From the NCBI GenBank assembly GCA_040954595.2, contig CM082584.2, forward strand, positions 12,182,875 to 12,246,874: 64,000 nucleotides of DNA, read 5' to 3'. The stretch comes from Balanoglossus misakiensis (taxonomy: Eukaryota > Animalia > Hemichordata). The stretch's first letter is position 1, and every line of letters starts with the position of its first letter. A program made the translations under genes and the position numbers. Under the pieces are notes generated by a model, which searched no databases, was not told the DNA's origin, and saw only the letters and a list, made by a program, of their open reading frames with translations. Below are positions 14,500-26,446 of the stretch, piece by piece.

Positions 14500-15104
14500 C
14501 TTTGATTTGTGCAATCCCTCTAGTGTCCAATTTAGAACAACACTTTTGTTTTTGTTTTGTTTCCCGGTATCACGTAGAATTCGCCCACAGTCTTCGGTAT
14601 TAAAAGTTGCACTACAGTAACAATCATTCCAACCAAATATTCCACAGACTGTATAACTGATTTTGATATTTATTAATAAAACCTGTTTAAAATCTGATTC
14701 ATAATTAAACTGCTCGGTATTTGACATCAGACAAAGAAGTACATACAAGTGGAAACAAAACTTCCTCACCAAATACGATGTAGTCATGACAAAATTCATC
14801 CCAATATTACATTCACATCTCTCTCTTTCAAGGAATTGAAGTTATTATCTGTGTCCGTATGATTTTATATCAAGATTTTTTATTTAAAGCTTGGCAAAAA
14901 GGAAAATGTTTTAAATGCTTAAAAAGAGCACTTGTCCCCTCCATATATTCTTTTCTAACTGAAAAAATTAAAAGTTGCAAAATGTACAGTGATAATATTA
15001 TTATTGTTTAGCTTAAACTTTGAGCTATATTTGAATTGACAAAAATCCATAATACTCTGATCAGCAACAAATTATTTCCATTGAAAGCTGGAACGCAGTT
15101 TCCT

Positions 15105-17539
15105 CTATCGCCGACTTGTCCCTCCAAACCCTGTAGAGAAACAAGATGATAAGAGTTTCAACATGTGCCTTTAAACTAATACTGCTAAAAAGATTGTGCA
15201 TCTTTTATGTATGTATTACTCAGGCATTACTGTGGAAGAGACCAAATATGGGTGACACATGAAACTAACATGCAGGATTGGCAAATGTATGAGGAATAAG
15301 AACAAAATATTCACCAGATGCTGTCCTGGTTCCTGAACTAGATGACCTATGACCTCCACCCCCTGTAAAAGTTCCAAAGCCACCAGAGGGTCTTGTGTAC
15401 CCACTTCTATAGCCACTTCCAAAGCCGTAGCCAGAGCCATATCCAGTACCATACCCTCGGCTGTAAGAAATCACAACACATTGGATGGTTTATGCAAACT
15501 TCAGACATTATCCTTTCAGTTGAAAATGTGCTGCTGGATTTGCCTGTATGTCTCAAACATTCCTGTCCCAGAAAGTCAATCAAGCACTATGTTAGAAACC
15601 ATTGGCAAGTAATCTTAATGGTAATCTTACTTTCTGTTCCCAAACATGTATCCTAGAAGTCCTCCAGTGGCGGCACCAGTCCAGAATCCACCACCACCGG
15701 CAGCAGCACCACTGCCAGCACTAGTACCAGCACCAGCATTGGCTGAACAGCCACCTGCCGAGAGAGAATATCACACGCACAATCCAATGTTAGCTGATAA
15801 TAAGTAACTGTATTTTGAGCATGCGATGATGAGTTACACACGTTCACCGACTTACCATCTGGCATATAGTCTGACCGAAATCCAGGTGGAGGGGGACTGC
15901 CTCCTCCGCCTCCCCCTCCCCCACCTCCCCATCTTGATCCAGACCCTGGTGGGTAGCCATCACTTGGATACCTGTCTGTGAGTCGATGTTAAGGACAACA
16001 CACATACACAGATGCACCACACCAAATCTGTTTCAGTGTCATACATTATTCTGCACACATGCTCTATTAAACTACTGAATTGTGTTCAGTTGTCAAAGGA
16101 TATTCAGTAGCATGTCTTGTGTTTGTACAACTTTTGTAGATTGCATAGACGATGACACCAATCACAACCCACATTATCAGATCACCAAACCAAGATGAGC
16201 TACGTTTTCTAAAGGGAAAGAAAAAAATGCTAGTCATTACCTGAACACTTAAAATGAATGAAACTGTGAAGTACTTGTGAACACATCAGGTTGTAATTTA
16301 ATACTTTCCATGTAAAAAGGTAATCTCATGATTTCAAGTAAATACATCGTATAAAATAATGAAAACGAATAATCATTTGATCAAGCCCATACTTTTGTGC
16401 ATGATAGTATCCTCCTTCGTTGCCATGGCTGTTATCACCATAGTAATTATGTTGTTTTTGTTGTTGATGTCCTTCCTTGGTCAGATCGATGGTGTACTCC
16501 AACTATTATTGGTTTAAAATAAATAAGATCAGATTACAACTCAGTCTGGGTTGTTTTCTTACTTTTCTCAAAATCACATGAGATTTTTATAGATTTATAC
16601 TCACCCCACATGACCCCTTCAATATGTATGGGTCTTCAGGATAATCATACCCCTCACAGCTGACTTCTATTCGGCCAAACCTGTAGGCATTGTCCATGTC
16701 AGTTGTGCATTCCCACTAGCAGAAGAAATCAATCAAAATTAATTATGCATGTCACTATAAAATAATGATGGTATAGAATGTCCTATATGACAATGCGTGA
16801 AGATATCTGAGAAAGTATCTATTATTTACCTGCACATCAATACCATCTGAGCCTCTGTTGTAACACTGTACCACTTGTGGAACAAAACTGTGACAGCCTG
16901 CACTTCCACCAGTACATTTCAACTGAAAAATAAATTCACTGTATTAAAATATTAACACCTCTGAAAATGCTTATCATTTTGTGCTAATGAGGTCATCCAT
17001 TTAAATGCATTATCAGCGTTCATGCATAACCATGATGATGACACTATTGAACACTGATGATTTGTTACCTGTGGTATCGGACTTGATCTTCTTGCATTTG
17101 TCATTTTACCGCTGTACAGAGTCAAGACCTGGACATCTTCAAGTCGTACTTGGTCACTTGAACCCCCTGAATCAAAAATAGCGATTTAGAAATGTAATGC
17201 AGTGCCAAGGTGATGATATTGTGTTGTGAGCATGTGTCATCATAATTGAGCTCTTCTATAGATTGATTGTTGTCCAAGTAATTGTTGATTTCATGTAACT
17301 GGTGTCTCAGCCCATAGATTTCAGTAACTTAAGAAGTACACATGCAGTCATTGGTGGTATTTCCACAGCAAACGAAGATGGGCGTGTCCAGTACAAATGT
17401 ACATGGTTACCATGGAGACTTCAACAGTTTCATGATATGTACATGATTTAGTCAACTTACATGACTTTACAAGCTGTATTCCTAAAACAAAGATAAACAT
17501 CGAAAAGACTGAAATCCTTGTTATTGTCCTCCACTCCAT
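15105..17539 (-). CDS. SARAF: Store-operated calcium entry-associated regulatory factor (TMEM66)
   Basis: Signal-peptide exon MEWRTITRISVFSMFIFVLGIQLVKS; luminal domain VRLEDVQVLTLYSGKMTNARRSSPIPQLKCTGGSAGC..VVQCYNRGSDGIDVQWEC..FGRIEVSCEGYDYPEDPYILKGSCGLEYTIDL; TM DLIMWVVIGVIVYAIYKSC; Gly/Pro-rich tail with GFWTG and terminal TRTASGFGGTSRR*. Confidence 0.95.
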
Positions 17540-18183
17540 CGTGGTTGATTATCTTGCACTTTGAGATGTGCAAACTTTTCTGACAAAACTTCGTCACCAC
17601 TCTATCCCGTCGATCGAAGGCCCGGAGAATGGACTTTCGGTTTCGCTTTCTTGTAACTCTATTACTATTGTGCAAAATAAGTTGTTGTTCTCTTTCTGTA
17701 TGACTCTCCTGGAAAAGTGGATCTCTCTGCGGCGATGAGACGGCGATCGGTTGTATACCTAGCTAGCTTTCGTATTATTTTGGTTGCATACTGATCCAGG
17801 AAGTACACGAATCTAAACAAGAGCCGTGCAACACCTCATGAGTCATGTATCCTGCCATGTGAAACGGCTAATATAGTGCACATATTTTAATCACATCTGC
17901 GGTTTTTATATCATAATAATTGTCACGTCATCATTCTTTAGGAGAAGAGAAGTAGAAAAAACAGCAAACTTAAACGTTACGTTTTAATAACGACCAATAA
18001 AATAAACTTTCCTGCAAAATATAATGCGCGTATTGTTATAGAGCTGATTCAGCTTTAAATGCACCCTGGGAGGTGTCTGTTCGTCCCGTTACCTTTGACC
18101 TCTGGTACACCATCTGACCTTTCGTGCAACGAGAGGTGCAGGTTTGCAGTTGGAAACAAACTTGTAGACCTACCTTTGCGATC
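17540..18183. promoter_or_regulatory. Putative bidirectional promoter region SARAF/NDUFA11
   Basis: Divergent start codons only ~645 bp apart; locally CpG-richer; CCAAT near 17994. Confidence 0.5.
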
Positions 18184-19381
18184 ATGGGGTACTTTGATGA
18201 ACAAGATGGCAAAGACTGCCTCGGCAAAACTACCCTGACAACACAAGTGGGGACAGTGTTAGGTAACACCGTTAAATTTCTTTTGTAGGCTCTTGGTCTG
18301 TACATTGCAGACGTCGAAACATTGATGACCTTGAGTGACCCCATGGACGTACGTCTACCTATCATGAGATATGAGATATTTCAAATGTTTTGTGACAATA
18401 TACAGGGTCTAGTAGGGCTTGAAGTTGATGGAGCTTGGGCATATTCCCATTGGTAAAGGATAGCGGAGTGAGCTGTAGCTATTTGGAGGGGGGGGGGGCT
18501 ACCGTGTTGAAATGAACAGTTGTCTGCTACAGACTTGCTAGTGACATGGAGGTGATAGTGATATTAACAAAAAGCAACATCTTCAACAAACACTGGTAGT
18601 GACTAAGAGAATAGGTGATGTTATGATAACAAAACTGGCAATGTGAGTTCCTGTTATATGCAAGCATACAATTGTGTACATCTGATCCATTTTATCCCAG
18701 GTCTTACAGGAAGCATGTATGCATTTTTATTTAAATATGGAAGAATGACAGCTACCCAAGGACTTCTTCAGGGAGCAAATATAACACTTACAATGGGTAA
18801 GTGACAACATTTTGCACACACATAACATAATATATGAACGAGATACAAAACACAAGATATTGTGAGTGGTCTCTGCAAACATAGACACACAAAATAATCT
18901 GTTATCTCTATCCACATGCTGTTGAGAGGACTGAACCTAGAAAAATCATGGAAGAATAGTTAGTTACTCGTGTTGTTTTTTTTAACATCTGCAGCTGCAC
19001 TTGGTGCTGTTTTTGGTGCAACTACTTGTGCTGTTTCAGCAGCAAGGGGCGGCAAAGACAGCAGAATGAATTATTTCATTGGTGGTTGCACGACTGGAGC
19101 ACTGCTTGGTGTTAAAAGTAAGTCTTGATGGTTCAGTATTTGAGTACTGGTATGCTCCAAGCACAGAGAGAGGAGGTACATCTTATATTTGTAGCTGCGG
19201 CATCTAAATCAAAGGATTCCGGGATTCTATAGAAAATTACCAATGATACATCCTTTCCATTACAGCTCACAGCTATGCCATGGGCTTTGGCATGTGTGCT
19301 GGTCTAGGTTCTCTAGCTGCTATCTACAAACATGGACTCATGGAAGAGTGGCCAAATGTATTTGAAGAACCAAAGTACTAG
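18184..19381 (+). CDS. NDUFA11: NADH dehydrogenase [ubiquinone] 1 alpha subcomplex subunit 11 (Tim17-like fold)
   Basis: Four phase-compatible exons (18184-18262, 18701-18795, 18995-19117, 19266-19381): MGYFDEQDGKDCLGKTTLTTQVGTVLGLTGSMYAFLF..TLTMAALGAVFGATTCAVSAARGGKDSRMNYFIGGCTTGALLGVKTHSYAMGFGMCAGLG..EEWPNVFEEPKY*. Missed by the ORF track. Confidence 0.9.
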
Positions 19382-20151
19382 AAGCCTGAATTTTCTCCCC
19401 ATTTTATAGAAGATTCCGTGTTCTTGCTTGAGTGGATGGATGAAAAGAAAAATAATTGCGCTGCGGCTTGTGAGAAAATTCCAGCTGTGTTCTTCGAGCC
19501 AATGACAACTTTCACTAGAGTTTGTGTATAGATATATTTTAAGTTGTAAATGACAAAACTTCTATTCAGTTTTGTTTTCCAATGCTACTCAGTAGTGTGA
19601 AAGATTTTGTGGTGTGTTTATTTTTGTCAGGGTGGCAAAGTTATTGAGATATCAAATCAAGTCAAATCAATGGAATGTGTACAAATGAAACAAGCATGAA
19701 TGTAGATATAATACCAGTCCATTTATACAAACTGTTGCACTTTCCCCTAATATGTCTGTAAGCATTGCTATTGTATGAACTTCAACATCATAGCTACTTG
19801 TGAAGTATAAAATGCCTTTTTGTGTTGGTAATTAAATCTGTTTTATCAAAGAAGAGATTTGACAAGTTTATTAACACAATTTTTATTGCAGTTGTAAATT
19901 TATTGCATGATACAGATTCTGTCATGCACAAGGTGGTAAAGGCTACTTAGTTTATCTTAGTACAACAAGAAAACATTCAATTGTAAAAAACACAGGAAAC
20001 ACTATGCTAATGGAACGTACAAACATTGGTATTTCAGTTTCACAAAATGTCAACACGAAAAAATATTTACAAGTATTTCAGTTTGTATAATGTCTCAATG
20101 ACAGAATACTGCCGGTAGTTTTGCGTGGAACATTTTCTCTGACTTGTGGAA

Positions 20152-23100
20152 TCATTTGAAAAAGGATGTGGCTCTAATCTGTAAAGGCTTTTGCTCTTCC
20201 TGCATCCATTCAGCAAACAGCACCTCCATCTTCTTCCTGCTTTGCGCGTTGCCGTTGTTGACTGTGGGTAGGATCTTGTCGGGTTTCAAAAACTGGACAA
20301 ACCGCTTCAGCTCGGAATAGCTACTGTGTTCACTGTAGGGAACTCCTGGAAAACCAAGGAAAACCAGTCATATGACTTTGCCACCAGCCGTAACAATCTC
20401 ACTCCAGAACACCGTTGCTGTAATATCTAATGGAAAAAAACAATGTTAAATGCATCTTACCGTACACTGTTACTGCTCCACTCTTAGTAGGCTTAATGTC
20501 CGACAAAGTGGAACACCTTTCACTGTGTGTCCATCCAGTCGGCTTGAATGCAAGGATGCTGTCATACTTCTTGAATTTGTTGAGGTAGTTCCAGAGACTC
20601 TGTGTAGAAGAGAATGTCAAAAGTGACACCAGACAGCCTATGTCATTGATAGTTACATATCAGATCACTGAGTAAATCTGCAATAAATCCACTGTTTGAT
20701 TTCTGACTTAAAAGTGAATGATCCCAGTTTCAGGGTCAAATGTCAGAGGTCTCCTACCTTTGGATTGAGGTGTGACATCGTGATGACATGCAGCCTGGTG
20801 ACATCACCACTCATTGTCAACAAACCACTGACATGTTTATCGTCCAGACAATCCAATATTGACTTCTTCTCTCTGGTCACACAAACTTTACAATCCAATG
20901 CCTCAGCCAAAGCTGTCAGAGAAGACAATGTTCAGTATACAGTTTAACTTAAGCCCACTCATCAACCAGCAACTTGCAAAACACATTGAAAAAATTAATG
21001 ATTTTACAGTTCATGTACAAGGAAAATGCACAAACTGGCTGAAAAATCTTACCAAGAAATATTCTTTCTTTACCAATAGAATATGAACCACATACAATAA
21101 GAGTCTTAGGATTTGACATCACTGCCTTGATTGCAGTAGAAACTGCAAATTCAATGGCGTCGCTTTGTGGAGGAAACTTGTAGGCTGGATCACAGTAGCT
21201 GTGGATGCAATATAGTGGTAGTCAGATATATTGTGTATTGCTATTTGTGCAAAATTTGTAACTGACAATGAGAAAGCAACTGATCACACTGCCTTTTCAA
21301 AACATAGAAATGCAAAACTAGAGACAACTCACGTTGTATCCAGGTAAAGTTGGTGTACATGTGTATCCCTCAGTTCAGGGTATTCCTCCATGCTTGGCAC
21401 TGCTCGAAAATCACCTGTATGTAAAATCGTCTTGCCGTTGTGTAAATGAAACAATATCAGAACAGCACCAGGGCAACTGAAAGACAACGTCAAAATATTA
21501 GTGTGTTTTTATACAGCAAAATGCTGCATTGTTTACTCACTGGACTCGCAACATGATTTGTAGAGGTGACAAAGCATACAAATAAGTTTCTGTGTGCAGA
21601 ATAACCCCAGTCAGAATGAGGTATCAATACTTACTGATTGGCTTCCAGTAATGTGACCTGTACGCCTTCCACATCACATGGTTCATTCATCGGTAGACAG
21701 TGGACATACTCTGTTGCCACTTTAATCTTTGTCTTCACCAGATTACCTGTCACCTACAACAAGTCCAAACAGAGACATTATTGATAGAAAAATTATATAC
21801 AAGGTCCAAAGACTGTGATTCTCACACATACAACAAGAGGTTGTTTGTTGCCTACCTTGCTGCAATAGATTGGCTGTTTGAAATGTTTGGTCAGCCCTCC
21901 ATAGTGGTCATAGTGAAAGTGGGACAGAAAATAGGCTTTGCAATCCGGGATAGCACCATAGCGAAATGCATCTACTGTGAATGGAGTTCCTGTTGGAAAA
22001 CAATTGAGAAATACACATGATGTATTTTCTGTGAAGGCAGAGTCAGTAGTGTAGCATTATTATATATCCACGGTCACAACACAAAAGCCTCTATATGTCT
22101 AGAATTTGCTATTCTGCGACCAAAGGCAAGCATACAGGCTTACCAGGGATTTTCTTGTAAAACGGACAGTTTCTCCTTGGATAATGTGACTTCTGATCAG
22201 TACTTGTCACTTGTTGACCACTATCATTTCCTTTCGCCTTCACTGCTTGTCGCGATCCACCCGCATGCCTGCTTTTAGAATTATCAGATCTGTTGACGTA
22301 AGTCTGTCTAGACTCTGGTTGTGGGGCCGGTTTTGTCTTCAAGGGGCCGCCTCCTTTCGGCTTGAAAAAAGAGGTAATGTTTGTCTGGTTTGCCTTCAGT
22401 GGTGTCTGTGATGCCTTGATGTTTTCCCTGCCACTGACAGCTGAAGTTACGCTTTGCTTATCATCACCATTTTGAGTAGCTATGGTTACCTCATCATCTC
22501 TCTTGGTGATTTGTCCGCTGCTATCAACATCCACTGACTCTGTCTCTGGTTCAAATTCTGAACAGACTGACATTGCATCATCAATGTCAATCTCCTCCTC
22601 TCCATCACAGGCACCTGTACTGTGATTCACTGTAATACTTTTCAAATCAACATGATCCATCGGTTTGTTGATTTCATCACCTGAGGTAGATTTCTTGCAA
22701 GAGTTGCGGCCTTCTTGACATTTATCCCCAGAGTTTTCTGAATGCTGAACAATGGATGGGATCCTGAGATCTGTACCATCCTGATTAATTGAAGTTCTCC
22801 GAGGAGATATACACTCTACATCACTTTTAGGCCAAGATTCTAATGGAGCAAAGATATCCTCATCACTATTGCAGTCATCTGACTTGACTTCCTCTTCTAG
22901 TTTGGTTTCCTCTGATACCAGATGTGTCATTGGCTTCTTGGAAAGATTCTGGAAAAACAATCTTCTAGCTGATCTTGAAGTGCCTCCTGTGAAAGCAAAA
23001 AAGAAAACCTTAGGCTCTTTTCATTGCAGGGAGACAATTTCTTTAGTCTAATTCAGTGTTCTGCACCATAGCAGCATAACAGACCTACCATTATTATCAG

Positions 23101-23857
23101 TGTCCCCCACACATCTTTGTGTCTCAGCAACATCTGTGTCTTCACACTTCTCTGTTGGGACTGGCAGTGGTGGTAACTGACTGACATCTTGTCCAGATCG
23201 ATGCACAGCCAAAACAAAGTGATTGAATTTGCTGAAGTGACTGGGCATTGTAGAATTGCAATGTAGACCATCAGGACATTCTGAAATCAAGATTAATGGT
23301 TGGTTACCATTTTGTACTACCGGTAATGGACACAGGAACCATCTTTCAACGATTCTGTTATACTTTGCTTCATATTGGTTAGGGGTGTCCACACAGACTA
23401 GTATACTAGTAGTAGAAAGTTAGAAATCGTTAAAACACCCACCCTTGTTGCCATGACTTGTCTCATCCATACAATCTGATACATGCCAACCTGGTGACTT
23501 TCCAATGAGAATACTGAATGGCATTTGGCAGTTGGGACAGTACCCATCATTGGTTTTCTTGGGAGTCTTGTCATCATCGCACTTGTTGGAAAGTGTTGAC
23601 GTTGATACACCCTGTACACTACACTTCCCCGTCGCTGGGGTAGTTTTATTCTTCTTCGATTGTGATACTTTCTTACGCTGTCTTGACAACTTCGTGTCGC
23701 CGCGTCCTTTCGTTGCGCTAGCAACTTCTTTCCTCGATCGTTTGACAGCTTTCTTACCCGTATCCTTTGACCCGACACCACTCGCCGACGAACTACTGTC
23801 GTTCCTTCTCGATCGTTTGAGGGATGTGTAATCCCATATATCGCTTTCGCTATCCAT
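20152..23857 (-). CDS. DCLRE1A: DNA cross-link repair 1A protein (SNM1A), metallo-beta-lactamase/beta-CASP nuclease
   Basis: [10 protein letters not shown] start; UBZ ([15 protein letters not shown]); PBZ ([21 protein letters not shown]); PIP box QTNITSFF; CPFYKKIPG; [14 protein letters not shown]; LEANHCPGA; HTGDFR; LYLDTTYC; AFKPTGW; [12 protein letters not shown]; KILPTVN. Confidence 0.95.
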
Positions 23858-25179
23858 TTCGATCACGGGTGTGACTAGACGTAGCCACAAAATCAGTCAT
23901 CGGGCAGCTAGCAGTACACTTTCCGTAAATATGAACTATCTCGGCTTCATTTTGCGCGCTCCAGAACCTGTCCCTCACAGAGTGAATCAATGAAAAACAA
24001 CAGCACAAGCCTGACAGTATTTAAAATATTAACAGAACGTTGCACGTCAGCATTGATACACACTTTTGAATATTTTTTGATGAAATAGTTAACATTTTGA
24101 ACACATAAATAGTAGTATAAATATAATTAATATATATCCTGTCACATACAAACACAATCAACATTATTTTTGAGTATAACAGCTCGCTTTTTCCATATTA
24201 TGAATTTCGTACATCGTATTAGGAATGCCATGACTATATTTTTCTGACGGAGTTAAAGGGCCCGAGCGAGGACCCCTTTGCTTACATAAGAGTCGTCACT
24301 CGGTCATTTGTATAGGAAAGTCTTTTGAACTACTGCTGCTGCTACCATGACGACGATTTTTAACGTATCTTTAATAACGGAAGAAATTCACTTTACAAAC
24401 GTATTTATACAATTGAGTTCATATACTGGTCATTAGAAAAAGGAAAGAGGATATACACTTGGTTTTGAATACGATGTTGAGTAGCCTAGGCCAAACTGTC
24501 GTTCAAAAGCATCAGAAATGGAACCGTTATCGGAGCACATATCGTCGTTTGTTTGGTATGTGTAACCAGATATCTCCGAACTTGTCGGGTGCTGTGAGAC
24601 TGAAGAAACAAAGTCATTCCTATCTTCGAATTTAATTAAATTGTCATTTGATCGACTGATGCGAGCACTGAAGTAAACTTTGCAATGTGTTCCTGTGGCA
24701 ACCATGGTGATGTGGTCTCTTCCATTGCAAGTCCAAGGGGGTTAGCATCCTCGATTTATACTCTACGTTTCATTCTGGCGTTCGTTTGTCTATGCAAACT
24801 GAAAGAGTAATATTTACGTAGTTGTAAACCTTGGTAACAAAGTCATTCACAACGTTTCGTGTCGATAGTATTTGCACACAAATTATCTCCAGTTCTGCAT
24901 TTTCTCTACACCGATTGCAAATCTGTGATTAGTATAATGGTCCGGAATCCATATGTTTGAACAAATGTCTTTACAGATGCATAGGTCACAGTTATATACC
25001 AGGTATTTTTAAATAGCCACTGTGGGAACATTTTTACGACTTTGTCGACTTCTGTTCACAACGCATCACATGTACAATGTATATAGTTTCCATGCTTCAT
25101 TTTGCACTGATTTATCGGGTCAATTATATGTGAAAAGTTTGTCCCACTGTCTTTCTACTCAATATAGGCCTAATTCGTG

Positions 25180-25839
25180 TTATTCATGATATATCCCGTA
25201 CACAGTTCCAACAGCAAACAGCGATGTGTTCTGAAAAGTTCCGGACGCAAATTTATCAACTTCTGTGTTCAGCAGACAACGACTTGCTATGGCGACATCT
25301 TGATTTCTCACTTCACCAATCGTCACGACGCATATAATCTTAAACCGACTGATATGAAGTCGCTTAACCCTGGCCTTGATGAGATCAACCAGAGACTTGG
25401 TTTTCATCGCTATCAAATCCGCATCGTAGACGCAGTCGCTGAGGTTCTGCTCCAAAGACAACCTGATGATTCTCCTCACAGTGTCTTCGGGAAACGATCT
25501 TTGAGGACCGAGCTGATAGGTGCAGTGGGTCGCCGGCTCCTCTTTCTTCCTCGCCAGCGACCGGTGCCTCATGAACGTGTCCCGGGAGAGATGGCTGAAG
25601 CGAGTCACGCTCGACGCTGAGTCGGAATCGGCGCCACTGCGGTAGCTGGTGCTCCACGTGAAGGCCCTGTTGCGAGAGAGGAGGCGACCGATGACCGAAA
25701 TAACGCCCAAGGTGGTACGGGCACCACCTGTAACTCGGTTAAAATCTTGCACCGAAGTCGCATCTTGCTGCTGGTTGGTCGTCACGCTTCCAGCTCTTAA
25801 CCTAGTCTCTGATGACGTTGTTTGAGTTCTGTCGTCCAT
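25180..25839 (-). CDS. Tctex1-domain dynein light chain (DYNLT5/TCTEX1D-like), intronless CDS
   Basis: First ATG 25839; C-terminal Tctex-1 domain TYQLGP..F..VRRIIRLSLEQNL..YD..IKARVK..RFKIICVVTIGE..IASRCL..DKFASGTFQNTSLFAVGTVYGIYHE*. Confidence 0.88.
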   Translation of the reverse strand: MDDRTQTTSSETRLRAGSVTTNQQQDATSVQDFNRVTGGARTTLGVISVIGRLLSRNRAFTWSTSYRSGADSDSASSVTRFSHLSRDTFMRHRSLARKKEEPATHCTYQLGPQRSFPEDTVRRIIRLSLEQNLSDCVYDADLIAMKTKSLVDLIKARVKRLHISRFKIICVVTIGEVRNQDVAIASRCLLNTEVDKFASGTFQNTSLFAVGTVYGIYHE

Positions 25840-26446
25840 CTTCTCCGTCTTCTCACCAGCTTCTATGTCAGAGAATCTCCAGCACACGTACGACTGACAC
25901 CTGTTGATTTCCCTGTCAGTTTAATAACGCGCATAACAATGTTCACCCTGAGCTGCCAGTCAACCAACGCCCTGTCACTTGCCCCAAAAACTATTTGCCA
26001 GTTTCTGTTTATCAACAACGGTTGCCGTGCAAAGCTTGACTAGTTCCAATATCTCACCTGGATGTGATAACGGTTCGTGATGTCGTAACAGATCGTAAAG
26101 ATACTTTTGGCACGTGATTACAGCTTTTACTGATATTTACATCGATGCCTTCAATGTCAAAGTCCGAAGAATGAAGTATTTTGATTGTTAAGTTTAAGCG
26201 AGAAAAGTTTGACCAAACTTTAATCAAATCTGACGCATGTTGAGAAGCCTTCCACACTCTGGCTACGTGCCCTCTATCGAAGGGATATGCACGCCAGATG
26301 AGTGAACCCTCATTGGAAGCTATACTCATCGCTTGTAACATAAAACAAACGTTTGTGTCATTATTTATTGTGATAAGCTGATCACTGCTGGCTTTAATTT
26401 TTGTAAAAGGTGCATATCACTGCTGTGAGTCGACTTGGATGGGAAA

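Noticed and set aside
16760-17062. TGATG..CTGA box C/D-like motifs in SARAF introns
   Set aside because: Antisense to the host gene, imperfect C boxes, no terminal stem; not supportable as snoRNAs.
18289-18350. Apparent acceptor 26 nt after the NDUFA11 exon 1 donor
   Set aside because: Intron too short and leads to an in-frame stop; exon 18701 gives the expected protein.
24433-24705. 90-aa ATG-initiated minus-strand ORF downstream of the Tctex1 gene
   Set aside because: No recognisable domain or convincing splice context; could be 3'UTR. Cannot support as a gene.
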